Positions 1-12,969 of a DNA stretch of 64,000 nucleotides are shown here, piece by piece (the stretch's first letter is position 1; each line of letters begins with the position of its first letter). Made by a program: the position numbers and the translations under genes. The notes under the pieces were generated by a model that worked only from the letters and a program-made list of their open reading frames with translations, searched no databases and had not been told where the DNA came from. This stretch comes from Phallusia mammillata (lineage: Eukaryota), in NCBI GenBank assembly GCA_965637545.1, contig OZ281501.1, positions 15,562,001 through 15,626,000 of the forward strand. The letters run 5' to 3'.

Positions 1-15
1 TTTGACATACTAAAC

Positions 16-185
16 CAGTGGTTCTTAACCTTTTTTCCTTGCTGCACCCCTTTCGAATCACCGATCAAATTTCGCACCCCCCTGGATTTTTGTATTTATA
101 TTAGAGTAAACCTAAGCAACCTTAATGATTCAGCATCCCGGCACCCCCTAGGAACAGTTCTCGCACCCCTGGTTGAGAACCCCTG
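16..185. mobile_element. hAT-type MITE
   Basis: TIRs CAGTGGTTCTTAACC / GGTTGAGAACCCCTG; flanking 8-mers TACTAAAC / TACCAAAC (7/8 TSD). Confidence 0.85.
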
Positions 186-1490
186 TACCAAACCATAAAC
201 TACAGTTAATGTTAGTTAAAATGCTTCAGTTATTTGCATATTCCGGTTAATCGCAAGATGCTTCGCAAAACGGAGTTGGTTTTGACTAGAATTGTTTGGT
301 TTAAAAAGAACTTTGGGTTTAAAAAAAGCTTTATTAGAGGAACATTTAATCATATTAACTTAAAAAATGGTATTTGAATATTTTTTTAAAGAAATCTCAC
401 AAAATTTCGGGGTGTATGTTAAGGGTAATACCCACAAAATTAAATCTAAGCTCAGATCTCAAAATACCAAATAGATTTTATTGCATAAGAAATATCGTTA
501 GGCAACTGGTTATATCGTTATTGCTCCTTTATTGGCCATTTTCATAGCACAACCGTGATAGTAAGGATGATTTTTAGTCTATACCAGTTCATTTTTCTTC
601 TGTTTTTGTGGTTTAGTATGTTACCTGAATTTGATTAACAAGCTTGCAAAGTTCGATACTAAATTATATTTTTATCGGTTTACTGCTGGTTGCTTTACAA
701 ATACCATTGCTAGCACAAGTGTTCGTTGCACAAATAACTGGGTGCATGCATTACTATCGAGTTATTAATTTTCACTTAAAACAGTGTTCAAAGTTTTAAG
801 TATTGGTTTGGTATGATTTGAATACCTTTAAAGATTCGATTTTCATTATTTCGAATCCACTGGTATTCGGATCCATCAGATCTCAATGTGCTGCTACTAT
901 TATATTTTCTGTGAAAAAGTGTAAAAAAACTGGGTTTGGTGTGGTTTACAAAGGATAAATAATATGCTAGAACTCTATGCTACTTTGTACATCACTAAAC
1001 TCTTTCATGAGCGTTTCCAGTTCCTTATATTAGCAGCATCACAATACATGTGTAATACAAGCACGAAATTTGCTTGGCGAAATTCTTTTCTTCACTGTGG
1101 TGAACCTAACGTTCAAGAACGATGAAATGCTGATTTTGCCTTTTTCATTCGAAACTGATACTTCCGTTAGCTTCGGTCAACAAAAGACCATTTTTGTTGT
1201 ATTTACCTGCTATACTTACTGGAATGTTGAAATATAATTTGCTTTAAAACTAAAACATTCTTACTTGCAGTTAGTTAGCTAGTTCAGAGTTTGGTTATTT
1301 TTTAGGAACTTAAATTTACATTTAAATTGAAACAGAGGCAAGAGCTTTGGTAGAACTACTAACACAGGAACTCAGGTTTGCAAAATTCCGGTGGGTAGTG
1401 CACGCATAAATTTTAATAGCAGTAAAAAATACTGACTGTTTGGACTATTAGCGTTTGTTTGAAGTTTCAGAACAATAAAATTTTTAACCG

Positions 1491-1800
1491 AAACACCCAG
1501 TTTTTCCTGTAAAATTTAATTTCTAACCCTATACCAGTCTCACTGTTAATTTTAAATAACTGCGCTCTTTACGTCATCTATCGGTATATGGCAAACCTTG
1601 TGTGCTGTGAGTTCATGTGTTAGTTGCTTTACCAATAAAATCAACCTAAACACCCAGTTGTTGATCTTAAATTTAGTTCCTAACTCTTTCCCAGTTTATT
1701 GTTAGGCCTAATTTGAATAACTGCGCTTTATATGCCATCTATCGGTATTAAGCAAACCTTGTGTGCTGTTAGTTAGTGCCTGTGTTAGATGCTCTACCAA
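1491..1800. repeat. Diverged tandem duplication, ~157-bp unit
   Basis: AAACACCCAG at 1491 and 1648; both units share AATAACTGCGCT..CATCTATCGGTAT..GCAAACCTTGTGTGCTG. Confidence 0.8.
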
Positions 1801-3112
1801 GAACTTTTATACATAATAATAATCTCACTGGGGCTACGAAACAAAGTCAAAAAGTAGATACTCTTATTGTCAAAAAAACGGGCGACCCAAGAGAATTTTC
1901 ATGCGACGGAACTTTGGGTCGCGACCTATAGGTTGGAAACTGTAGAAGCCATATGCTACTTCCAATGAATTTACATGTATGTAAATTATTTTTTGCTAAA
2001 AGAAAACTTTTTGGTCACCGTTATGGCTTTATATGACTAGCTCAGCATTTATCATAGGAACCAAAGGGGAAACAAATGCAAATTAGGGGCCGCTGCGTGA
2101 ATTGTTTCGTAAAAAACTATTATTGTACTTAATTAATCATGAGTGATATTCTAAATACTGATTATCTGGGTTTTTACGTCTTCTTTGCGTTTTGCTTTTG
2201 GCAGGGCAGTTTCCGTTGATTGAAAAGCCGTCACAAACAATCAATTGTAGCAGTATATAATCTGAAACCTACGGCGAAATTTTAAAGCACAATTTTGCCC
2301 AATTGTGAAAAGCTGTTAAAAGTTTTAGTCAGTCTGTAAAAATGCTATTAAAATGTAATTGATGTTGCTCGACTAATTATGGTGGTAATGTGCATGCTAC
2401 GTGAGGTGCCAAAAGCTAAATATTACAAGTGGCACTGCAGGGGAATTACGGAGTATTGATGCCCGAATTACCGTTTAAGTTGAGTCTTTATCAAGCAAAT
2501 CTTTTTCAAATTTGCGGGGGTGCACAAATTATCATAATAAATCATTTGTATTAGGATCGACTATATTATGGTTTTTGCGACATTGCCCGCTTTTTGTATG
2601 TATCCGACAAAAATATTGTCGTAAAAGATGGCAAAAGCCTGATTTCATCGTTTTTTGGCTTGAATTCGTATGAGACCTTAAATATTCGTCGTTTTAAGTT
2701 TAACTTGGTCGTAAACTTGTTTTAATTGGTACATTTACTATTTGACTTCAGATTCACCAGTGATTTTTTTCACGTTAATTTTTGTCCTAAGTTTTTGAGG
2801 AAAAAAGTTAAACATGAAGTTTAGTATAACATTGGCTCTTCTGTGTGTATCGACTTTGATAGTCAACGTACACTCTTCTTCTAGAAGGCGAAGCTTGTTG
2901 GGAAGAGTTGGATCAATTGCTGTTAAAACCTTGCCTTTTTGGAGACTTATGGGGTTTGTTACATATTATTTCCAAATAAAATACTGACCTTTAACTTGAT
3001 GCATTAAAAAACCAAGCGTACATAATTTGACAAAATGATTCTGACATTTTTTACTTTAATACCTTTACGTCTATAGGCTATAATAATAAAGTGTTTTAAT
3101 TACTTTCTACAG

Positions 3113-3353
3113 GGATGAAAATCAAGCGGCAGAAAAAAGTAAGTTATTGTTTCTTAACTTTTTTGTTTGGTTGTAGGCGTCGATTTCTTAACATAGACCT
3201 GAAATTTTTAGGGTTACGGTGCAAACCCTTAATCGTATAATACACGTCAATCGAAAAATACACATATTTACAGTTTTAGCTGCAGGGAACCCTGATGCTG
3301 ATGATATGTTGGAAGAGCTGGAGAGAGAAATACTTGACAAAGCCGAACAATAA
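3113..3353 (+). other. Possible last two exons (3113-3138, 3280-3353) of an unidentified gene
   Basis: TTTCTACAG|26-nt exon|GTAAG, then TTTTAG|exon. Phases are compatible and give DENQAAEKTAGNPDADDMLEELEREILDKAEQ*. No upstream exons identified. Confidence 0.3.
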
Positions 3354-3674
3354 AAGTTGGTTTGTGACAGCTCCAAATGCAACAACGAATAGCGTTTGTA
3401 AAACCGAATAAAATCTGATATTAAAGAAAAATTGTATTTTGTTGTGTAAATGTTGTGAAAGCATTGAGACGCAGTTAAACATGATATTTGGACAACCCTT
3501 GAATTGCTCAATAAGTGCCTACAAGCTAATAATTCTGCATGAAAAAGATTACAACGTTTGGACATTTCATATTGTCATAGGCAGGTAAAATATAACAACC
3601 ACGAGGAAATGGTATAAAGGCAATGAAGCGGCGATAAAAACATGTAAGTTAGAAACAGGAGGGTGTACTTTAGG

Positions 3675-3997
3675 CAGGGGTAATCAAACTCTTTTTAATG
3701 GGGGCCAATTTTTATCAGGTGCAGACGCCCGCGGTCCAACGTTTTTTGCAAAGATTCTAACCGGACAATTATAACACAGAATATACAGGACTTAAGGGAT
3801 TTTGTTGCATCAGCATCATGTATACTTTCTTTTTACCGGTAAAATAAAGTTCCACGGAAAAGCTTTTGCATGAAATCGCAAGTCGCCACAACTCAAAATC
3901 CTAATTTAAATTATGGCGGGCCACACGCAACAAAATTTGAAACAACAGCTGCGGGCCACTTGAAATGCCGTCGCGGGCCGAACTTTGAACACCTCTG
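3675..3997. mobile_element. hAT-type MITE (same family as 48388-48687)
   Basis: CAGGGGTAATCAAAC ... GCGGGCCG..TTTGAACACCTCTG; TSD ACTTTAGG / ACTTAAGG. Confidence 0.85.
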
Positions 3998-4343
3998 ACT
4001 TAAGGCATGTAAGAACACCATGCATTGAACAGAAAGGTGGTTTGAATCCCTGATCCTGAGTTGCATTTATTTCGCTTTTTGTGATCTTGGGTTATACTAG
4101 TACATTTTTTCTGAGGTGGCATGAAATGAAATGAAGCAAATAAACAAATGTTGTCTTTAACCCAATCCCCTAACCAATTCCAGCAAACAACAACAACAAA
4201 CGCTTTCAAAGGAATGTAGTAAATCTTTAAAAAATGTGTAAGTATTATAAGCTAGTACGTCAGGCCTATTGAAGGCGTTAATGCCGAATCAGCCAGTCAT
4301 CAAACATTCCCACATATGGCAAGGCGTTGGCTAGAAAAATCTA

Positions 4344-4416
4344 GCCTGCCCTGGGATTCGAACCCACGACAGGAGTCTTTCCGGGATTCGCGCTTTACCA
4401 ACTGAGCTACACAGGC
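4344..4416 (-). mobile_element. tRNA-derived SINE head or tRNA pseudogene
   Basis: Minus strand GCCTGTGTAGCTCAGTTGGTAAAGCG...GTGGGTTCGAATCCCAGGGCAGGC. It is 73 nt with A box, B box and acceptor/T stems, but the anticodon arm does not pair. Confidence 0.7.
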
Positions 4417-7400
4417 TGAGAGGTGAATCCGCTGAAAGTTGAATCACAAGCACCGTTGCGATCCCCTACTACAAAGCTGATATCATACAAGTCAGGAAGT
4501 TTTAGATTTTTGACAGCCTGATTGTTGATGAATTTTTAGTTTATGTTGCTAACTGTGGTTGATATACCAGCACTAATATCCGTTGAATTAAACCAATATC
4601 AAACTCAACTTAAAGTGGAATCTATATTAATTGTTTCCTCTTTCAACATTAATCACCACAAATTTTACTCCCAAAATTTTTTCCCGCGCCACATCGTAAA
4701 AATATAGCACGCTTGAGTGGGCGCAGCCAATCAGCGCTTTTTAGTTTTTTTGGCGTGCCAAAGCCATTCAAGTTAAAAGTCATTTGTCTCGTGGTGTTTG
4801 CGGCGTGCGGAGGTGGAATCTTCCAGAAGCTTGAAGGTATATTCATTTTCTGTTTTCTAACTATGTTACACTGTAGGAAAAACTTTGACAACATTGTGAC
4901 ATATGCGGGCATTTAAAGCAAACGTAAAGATTTGATATTTTTTTTTGTAAATGGCTTTGTAGATGAAGAACTGAGAAAACTTTAGCTAACTGACATTAAA
5001 GGAGAGTTAAAACGTTTAAAATAATGGATCAGATTTGTAAATAAGTGTTTAAAATAATGGATCTGATCTGTGTATTCCAGTCTTGATCATGGTGATGGAT
5101 CTCGATAGTTGTGGTAAATTTACATAATTTATAATCGCAGTTCAATCTTACGCTGGCGTTAAAACCTAACTAAACCACCAGCAATGAAAAGCAATTCACT
5201 GCAAGAGATGCAAACAATTAATTGCACCGAGGCCCGTTGCAACGTATCTTGCTTTAGGCATTGTGGCGTCACACAAGCGGGCACGTTTTTTGAAATCGGC
5301 GTGGTTTTTAAAATCTGCAACGCCTTGTTGTGTAGTTTCAATCTCATCGGCCTAGATTACTTATTACAACTTGCACAGCCCAGTCTGTTACGCGTTACTT
5401 ACTGTGTTATTTTATTTGCAGAATCAGATCTTCTTCTGCTCGACGATCTATTCAACTTTCATACATCATCGTCATACAACTTCAGATATTTTACTTGTAT
5501 GTAAACATAGGAGTCTGTCGTGGGTCAACCGGGATTGCGGAACTGTTAGGTCTAACTAAGGTTAACTGGCGCTAGGGTTGAGTGACCTATTCTTTGTCCG
5601 AGGAGGACCCGTAGAGGAAGTCTTTCTCGGTCAAAAAATGGTCCAAGTCTATAGGAGTGCTACTATGTCAGTAAGTTGGCGCTAGGGCTAGAAGTAGAGT
5701 GGCACTCGTTAACTAAGGGTAGGTTATAGTTAACATAGGTGGGGTACGTTTGGGATTGGCGCGCCACGTAGGAACTCTAGCTTAGATCGATTTCTAGTTA
5801 GGTGTGGCGCGTCGCTAAATGGCCTTAGCTAAAATAAGGTGCGCATAGAAACACGGCCTTGGCATGGCCTCCACCGCATTGCATTGGCCGCGGTGCAGAC
5901 GATACAGAGTAGGGACACCGCTATTTCCGATGAAAGTCCAGGCTCGTGGACCTGAGGAGACCGGCTTTGCATTTAGCCCGAAAAGTTTCGTGATCCATCC
6001 TGGTAGGGCGCAAACTGTTGTCAATTTCCCCCCATCCCTGCGTTTGCGTAAAACATATGGGTCCTTGTGGGGGGACTCTGAGGGCATGGGACAGTGACGC
6101 GATGTTGTTGAGTTATACGCCTTAAAACGTTACTGTCCCCGTTTAAACAAATTTTTGCGCCTATGCTAAATGTAAAGTTAAGGATGTTGTGGATTTTTTC
6201 TCGGGCTTTGACCAGCTTGTTTTATCCATGCTTATACATCCGGCTCAAGGTTTTCTTTCCTAAAAAGGAGGCCGCGAATTGGATATCAAGCATGTGATGT
6301 AATAACTCCTGTTAATCGCAATATAATTTTATGCCAAAAATTCGAAAAAATCATAAGACCCAATTTCCCATTTTGCTGGTCAAACCCATTTTTTCTTTGT
6401 GGATTTAGGCTAACTTACTTACTATTTAATTCAATTCCGTATTCCTGTTTGACCCGGCCACCCAGTCGTTATGGGGCAGTGACTGTTTGGGTGGTTGTAA
6501 AACACGACAGACTTACCTTCTACTTTTCTAGGCTAATTTGCAGCGGTTGTATGCAGGGCAGTTAGTTTAGGCAAGCTTGTGTACTTTTACGTCGCGCGCG
6601 CAGGGCGATGGCGGTTCCAACGTTTTTTCAGAAACTTAAACGAAGCAGACGAACAACCGATCCGTTACCTGATGCACCGACTCTGACACCATTTTTCCGT
6701 CTAAATCTATATATTTGTAAAACTATTTTAACCTTTAGTGAAAGTATGATATATTTCTGTCGTTTTCCCTCTTTCATCAACAAAACTGTGTGCGGAGTCC
6801 ACTTTTTCTATCCTTTTATTTCTTGTTAAGTAGACCAGTTCTTGGGGGGTGTTGTGCCTTTTTATATCAGCCGACAGGTCCTTCATGATGTTATTGTTTA
6901 TTTTTTATCGCCCGTCGCTCGCCCGTCGCTCGCTCTAACCATGCAAACCGCCATCGTCAAGTATTAGAATGTAAAATGTTTAGTCGTGACGGAAGTCAGG
7001 TTTTGCTGTTGTCCAATTCCAAGTCAACTTGCTAAACTGTTTTCTTGTTGTTTCTAGTTGGTTTTTGAAAAAACATCTTGTTTTTGTTTTTCAGATTTTG
7101 GTGAAAACATTGGTATTTAAAAAAAATGGAAGTTGAAAAATATTTAAAAACATGCAAAACATACAAAACAAAAAAACGTGGAAATACATGTCATACAATA
7201 TATGATTTTCAGGTATTTTTGACATTAGTGTTTCTTAACCTTGTTTTTTTTCTTCAGGATATCATTTTTCTTTTTTTTACAGGTTTAATCTTTTGTTTTG
7301 TTTTTCAGATTTTAATTTTCTTTTCCGCAGGATTAACAAAATTTTTCAGATTTCGAATGGCTTTTTAAAATATTATAATGCAATACATAACAATTTGTTT

Positions 7401-7627
7401 TGTTTCAGGGCATTTTAAACTTGTTTTGGTTTTCAGATTAGGCATTTTTCTGTTTAGTATGTGTTGATGTGTTCCTAAAATTTCCAAAAATAGTCTTTTA
7501 TTTCAGGTTTTACGAAACATTTTCCTTTAGTTCCCAGGTTTAAGGGATGTTCAATTTGTCATTATTAATACATTTTTTGTGTGTTTGCTGTTAAAACGTT
7601 TGTTAACTGTTTCAAGGAAATAAGGAA

Positions 7628-7692
7628 AAATCATTCTGATTGTTGAAATCATTCTGATTGTTGATAATTGTTGATAATGATTGTTGAAATTT
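7628..7692. repeat. Short tandem repeat (AAATCATTCTGATTGTTG x2 plus degenerate GATTGTTGA units)
   Basis: Direct reading of the sequence. Confidence 0.8.
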
Positions 7693-8958
7693 TTTGCAGG
7701 TTTTACAAATTGTGTTTTTGTTTTTCAGCTTTTTAAGGTTTAAATAGTTATAGAAATTTTCCACAGGTTTGCAAATTTTCCACGCTGCAATAAAAAGACT
7801 AACAAAGAAAAAAAACATCTCATGTTGAAAACCTGATGTAAGTATGGCAAAACTTTCTATAGTTTTAAAGTTTTATTACAGTTCCGAATAGTTTTATTAC
7901 TATTACCCGGCTGGTAAGATTTCTCAATTTGTTTTTGGGATGCTTTATGGAAGAGTGACGTGACCCTACAAACGACCTAACGACGGCGACAGCGATGATA
8001 TCAACCATAAAGTACAAAAGGTGAAAAAATGTTTACTTTAAACACTAATGGATTGCGTACCTAAAACCAATGACTTCGATTACATGTCGTAATTTGTTGT
8101 ATTCATATTTAGGCTGTTTTTTTGTTGAGTTTTAAGTTTAACTGATTTTTGCTATATTTCAGACGTCTTCCTTACTTTACTGGTATGTGACGCACGCCTG
8201 CTTTCAGCGTAGTTCTCCTGACATCATTTCGACGTAATGACATTTCGTCAGACATGTCACCTGAAGCGTGATCACCATTGCATTTTCCTGCGTCACACTG
8301 ACAAAACGTCGTCAAATGTATTTGTATCTTGCCAGCCAACTTCGTTCGTCACATTGACGTAAACGACGTGACGTCATGCCCGGTTCGATATTCTTGTACG
8401 TCACTGACGTAGATATCTGACGTCACAATGCAATTTTACCGCCAGGGCACTGTGACTGTTTTACACGAAACACACACACGCGCACACACAGAGGCATGGT
8501 ACAGTCGGGCAAATTTAGTTTTAACAATACCACAATGTGTGGAACTCTCGGCAAGATTTTTATAATACCCCCTGCAACATATTTAATTCGTGATTTTGAG
8601 TTATAATACATATAAGTGCATAGTAACAATTGTTTCTACGCAATATTATATTATATGCATTGTAACATGTTTTGAATGGACTGTGATGATGTATTTGTTA
8701 ATATTTTGTGATTAAATACCGCTGATATTTTACTTACAACGTTGTTTTGTATTTTGGCTTTATGATGAACTTGTTTTTATTTGTGTTGGTGAAATTCCTG
8801 CCAAGCGAATTTTTAATGCTTTAAAAATTAATTGGCACGATTTAGGTTAAAATTACCCTTGCGCACGATCCACACAAACATGCTTTGGGCTGTTGAAGCA
8901 GTGTGCTTATTCTGGATGCTATCCCCGCGGGCATCGGAGATTTAACATCTGCCAACAT

Positions 8959-9275
8959 CTCACATGTAGGGATTCTTGCCTTCATGTCGCCACTTGCAAT
9001 TTATGTCAAGGACAAAACGTGGGCAAGACAAAAATCGGTTTGCCACTCGGTGCTCTGGTCACCGTGCAAAGTTTGATACTTCGCAGCGCAATGATGGGAC
9101 GACACTTTTACACCATTGTTGCAACACCCCACCGTTTTTACTAAGCAAGCACCTATTGAGCGTTGTTACTGTGTCGTTTGTCGAACAACCACGCACTGCG
9201 GACCCGGATATAGCTGAAGATAAATGGCTAAATAAAATCGATGCGAAAATTAACATAAAAGTACTGCAGATATTT
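8959..9275 (+). pseudogene. Penelope-like GIY-YIG endonuclease fragment, frameshifted
   Basis: LTCRDSCLHVATCNLCQGQNVGKTK / NRFATRCSGHR..NDGTTLLHH..VSFVEQP..EDKWL..INI aligns with the GIY-YIG peptide at 62450-62800. Confidence 0.75.
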
Positions 9276-10360
9276 TTTAGCGAAATATATTTGAAATAAA
9301 CATTCCCCTTACTAGTGAAAAAAAAACGTTTTTCGGCTTGCTATGCCGTCGCTGCATTTTCGTCCGGGCGAAAACGCATAAATTTTGTTAAAAACAACAA
9401 TAATTTAAATATTTTATTCTGTTAAAATAATTTAAATCTTTTGTGACCATAGAAATCGTTTGGAGTAGACGAGATTCTGAAATGAGCGACTTGATCTCTT
9501 GCAAATGACTAAATTGTATCTTTTAACATCTTCTTCAGTTGATAATATTGCATAATTTATTTTTATGTAGGAATCAATAATAATTCAATTTGAACAATTG
9601 TGCAAATACAGTGAAGTTTCTATAAAGCCACAAGTATTCGGTGAGTTTCTTAATGCTTTTACTTAATACGCTGTTTAGTTTTTTTATCTATCACCCGTTG
9701 TGGTGGTTATGGAAAACGCATGTACGCATATACCCGCGATCCCAATTTCGGATAATAATACCAACATTATAAACGGACGTTCTATTTGAATTTTTTTTAT
9801 AGCTGACTAGTTTTGCAAAGACAGTGAAATTGTAGGTCTCACACCAAATCCTTTATAAAAAGACAATTCAAAACATGCTCTTCTCTCACAAGTTTTAGAA
9901 GTATTTTCTCTCAAATCCGCCCAAGTGAGAAAAGAAGAAGCTTGAGTCTTGCTTTGTATTTTTTTTAAAGTTTGTGTACTGAAAAGCATAGAATATTGTG
10001 TCAAAATTTCAGTCTTGTATTTCTTTTAGTTTTTGAGCAATTGCGATTATTGGTTAGTTTCACTCAGGTGAAATTGTCTGAGGTAAAACAACAAAAAATT
10101 AATGCTCAACTGCAAATTGAAAGAAAATCAAATGAAATTGCAAAATCAACTAGAACAAAGATAGCAAAATGGTGAAGGATTTGATTTCATACAAACAAAA
10201 CAATTGGAAGCAAAATTCAGGCAAGAATATATAATATATATATATGTATATGGCCTCTTGTATTCTCTTTAAGTTATAACTGTCTGAATTGGATGACGAG
10301 TATTAAATGTGGTGTCATGAATAGATTTGATAATAACAAAGAGAACAGAGATGTCACAAT

Positions 10361-10740
10361 CATAGGCGCCCAGTTTTACAAAAATGCAAGGTGGCGAATA
10401 AAAAATATGACGTCACATCAAGTGACGTCACAAATGCGTGCAGCCACAAGAGCTCAAACACTAAGCCCAACAAACTTCCAACAGAATGCAACATTCGCCA
10501 AAATAATTGAAAAGAAATGTTCGCACTAATACTTAATTTGGAACACGTTGCTGTAACGTTTATCATCCAAAAAATGTTTCGCCGAGGAGTTGTTGCTTTA
10601 TATGACCTAAGATAACCATTTATTACAAAACATTCGCATTGTACACAATAATGACTAAACATTCACTGGCAAACAATTGTGTGTTTGACGTCATAAAGGA
10701 GGTACTAACGAAACCAGGTTGTAGTTTTTAGGAATGTTTT
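10361..10740. mobile_element. Partial copy of a CATAGGCGCC-TIR non-autonomous element (related to 21939-22438)
   Basis: Starts CATAGGCGCC; the interior (GTTTTACAAAAATGCAAGGTGG..TGACGTCAC..AATGCGTGCAGCCA..AACAATTGTGTGTTTGACGTCATA) matches 21939-22270. Right end not found. Confidence 0.6.
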
Positions 10741-11913
10741 GTTGCTTGTTTGCTGTAGAGAATAAAATTTGTAAATTTCAAAGAGTTGTGTTAGAATTTA
10801 AGGCCAATGCACATTGTTTGGGTGAATATGGCATGTTGTTATTAATATTTTGACATGACTCTGATTTGCTAGAACATTGTGTTTGGGCTTGTTGCTTTTG
10901 CTAGAACATTGTGTTTGGGGCAAGCTTGTGTGAGAGAAAACTCTGCAAGACATTTTATAGAGCGCCCCTGGCATTATGACGTTCATATCAATAAATATTA
11001 CTTTCAAAATACAAGTATGTTAATAACTGAAAAATATTTTTTTTCTCAAAAGTTTGTGCGCTGAAAAGGTGTAAAAGCGTAGAATAGTGTGCCAAATTTC
11101 AACATCTTATCTTTTTTTAGTTCTATAGCAATAGCGATTGTTGGCCAGTTTCACTCTGGTATTTTCTGTGATACCCCAAAGCACATGAAAGCATATAAGC
11201 CAAAAGATGTCACATTTGCAACATGATTTCAAAAGCAGTTTCCTTTGACCTCAACCTGATTGCCTACTTGAGTTTAGCGAAGAGTTTGGGAAAATGAAAA
11301 GTGTAGGGGCTTGTTAATAAGATTGTGTCTTTCTTGTTCAGAAAAATGACATTGGGCTCAACAATGTCATTCAAAGAAACCATATAAAAAACTGTTTGCA
11401 AGAAATAGCACAGCATTTTGCTGCACCCAACTGAAAATGTCAAAAATGCAATCAGTAGAAGTTTGACATGGTTTCGTGAATCGTAAATGCAAAAAAAGAA
11501 TCAGATGAAGAAGAAATGGCTACAACGACTACCCCTGCATAAAAAGTTTAGCATCAGGTGTTACAAACCACACAACCTCAACAAAGTAGTTCAAGCTCAA
11601 TTGCATCAATTTTTAGATGTTTCTGGTGAACTCAATCATCTATTGCTCTTGGAGGAAGATGTGCTGATGCCCTCCAGGATATCTACACCCGAGTGCGATG
11701 AAGACAAGTGAAACACTTTGCAGATGTGTTTTGTTCCAGATCGACATAGGAGTCTTTACCTTGACTTCAGCTGAGAAAAGTTGCTCCCCCTAAAGATAAT
11801 TTTTTTTTTTAGGTTTTATTACTTGATGCTGACAAACCTGAGATATTTTGTGTGTAATCCGTGTCTATCAAATTTACCTCTGTTTTAAATAAATTTCGGT
11901 TTTGGGTGTATTG

Positions 11914-12416
11914 CAGTGGTTCCCAACCTTTTTGTTGTCATGGACCCCTTTTTATAATTTTTATGGGTCCACGGACCCCCAACACAATTTAGTCTTGTTA
12001 TGTTTTTTGTTTCCTGCATTATGCGTTATCATACTTTCGCTTATCATGGCAGGATTTGATCAACCTTCGCAGTCCCTCAATCTCAATAAAGTTCTGTACT
12101 GTAGCAGTCAGTGCAAAGAAGAGATACATTTTCTGGTGTACAATACTTGAAACACAGCACAACAAGTTCTATTGTTAATGTGTGTTGTGATGTCACAATG
12201 GAGGTAACAATTACGTTGGAGGTAACAATTAAGTTTTCCTGATCCAAGAGTTTGATAAACAGTTTGCACTCAGATGCAGGATTGTAAAAACGGTTTGGGA
12301 ACTTAAAAATATTGTACTGTTGTTAATGCTACTACAATTGTTTGCCTCCACGGACCCCCTGAAACCATCTCACGGACCCCTTGGGGGGTCCGCGAACCCC
12401 AGGTTGGGAACCACTG
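11914..12416. mobile_element. hAT-type MITE
   Basis: TIR CAGTGGTTCCCAACC / GGTTGGGAACCACTG; TSD GTGTATTG / GTGTATTA. Confidence 0.9.
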
Positions 12417-12630
12417 GTGTATTATTTAATATATGTAGCGGTCGATTGTATGAACTAAAGGTGTATTTTAACAATTTTTTACAGCCAGTTAAATCTTTTT
12501 TTCAGGAATCACTCCAAAATTGTTGCACCGAACCGAATGGGCAAGGCATGTTTTTATGGCATGTTACTCCCCACAAACTGCAGGGTCATAAGATGGATAC
12601 ACTAGCCCATGTGGCCCATGTCTTGTCATC

Positions 12631-12682
12631 AGCTGGAGTAAAGAGATCTTATAGGTCAAAACAGTGTGTACTATCTGCAGCT
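12631..12682 (+). ncRNA. Degenerate type I hammerhead ribozyme (core mutated)
   Basis: AGCTGGA GTAAAGA GATCT-TAT-AGGTC AAAA CAGTGTGTACTA TC TGCAGCT; aligns to the consensus but the CUGAUGA core is destroyed. Confidence 0.65.
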
Positions 12683-12866
12683 TATCATCTATTGGCCTAA
12701 AGCTTTCATATTGGTACAAGGACACTGGGCCTACATCACTTTGATTCCCAAACAGTTGCTTGAGCATTGTGAACCAGTGGTTTATGTTGTATGGAACAGA
12801 TTATTGGTGAGGCATTGGTTTTCGGCCAGTTACTCCCAACAAACTGGAGGGCAATGTCTTGTTATC

Positions 12867-12917
12867 AGCTATACTGATGAGCCTTATAGGTAAAATCAAT
12901 ATGAACTGTCTGCAGCT
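12867..12917 (+). ncRNA. Degenerate type I hammerhead ribozyme
   Basis: AGCTATA CTGATGA GCCT-TAT-AGGT AAAA TCAATATGAACTG TC TGCAGCT. Keeps CUGAUGA and GUC; G12 lost; 236 nt from the previous copy. Confidence 0.7.
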
Positions 12918-12969
12918 TCTGTTTTTAAAATTCTAATTGCAAGACTTAGTAAATTATTTGGCTTTATAG

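Noticed and set aside
3188-3565. 125-aa minus-strand ORF
   Set aside because: No recognisable motif; it overlaps better-supported plus-strand exon candidates.
4344-4416. Functional tRNA gene
   Set aside because: The anticodon stem does not pair and no anticodon can be assigned.
5500-6130. rRNA fragment or gag zinc knuckle (QCGGGH)
   Set aside because: No recognisable rRNA signature; the Cys/His spacing is incomplete and interrupted by stops.
11340-11500. BEN/DUF4806-like exon relic (VKNAISRSLTWFRES)
   Set aside because: Resemblance is weak, over a short frameshifted stretch, and cannot be supported without a profile search.
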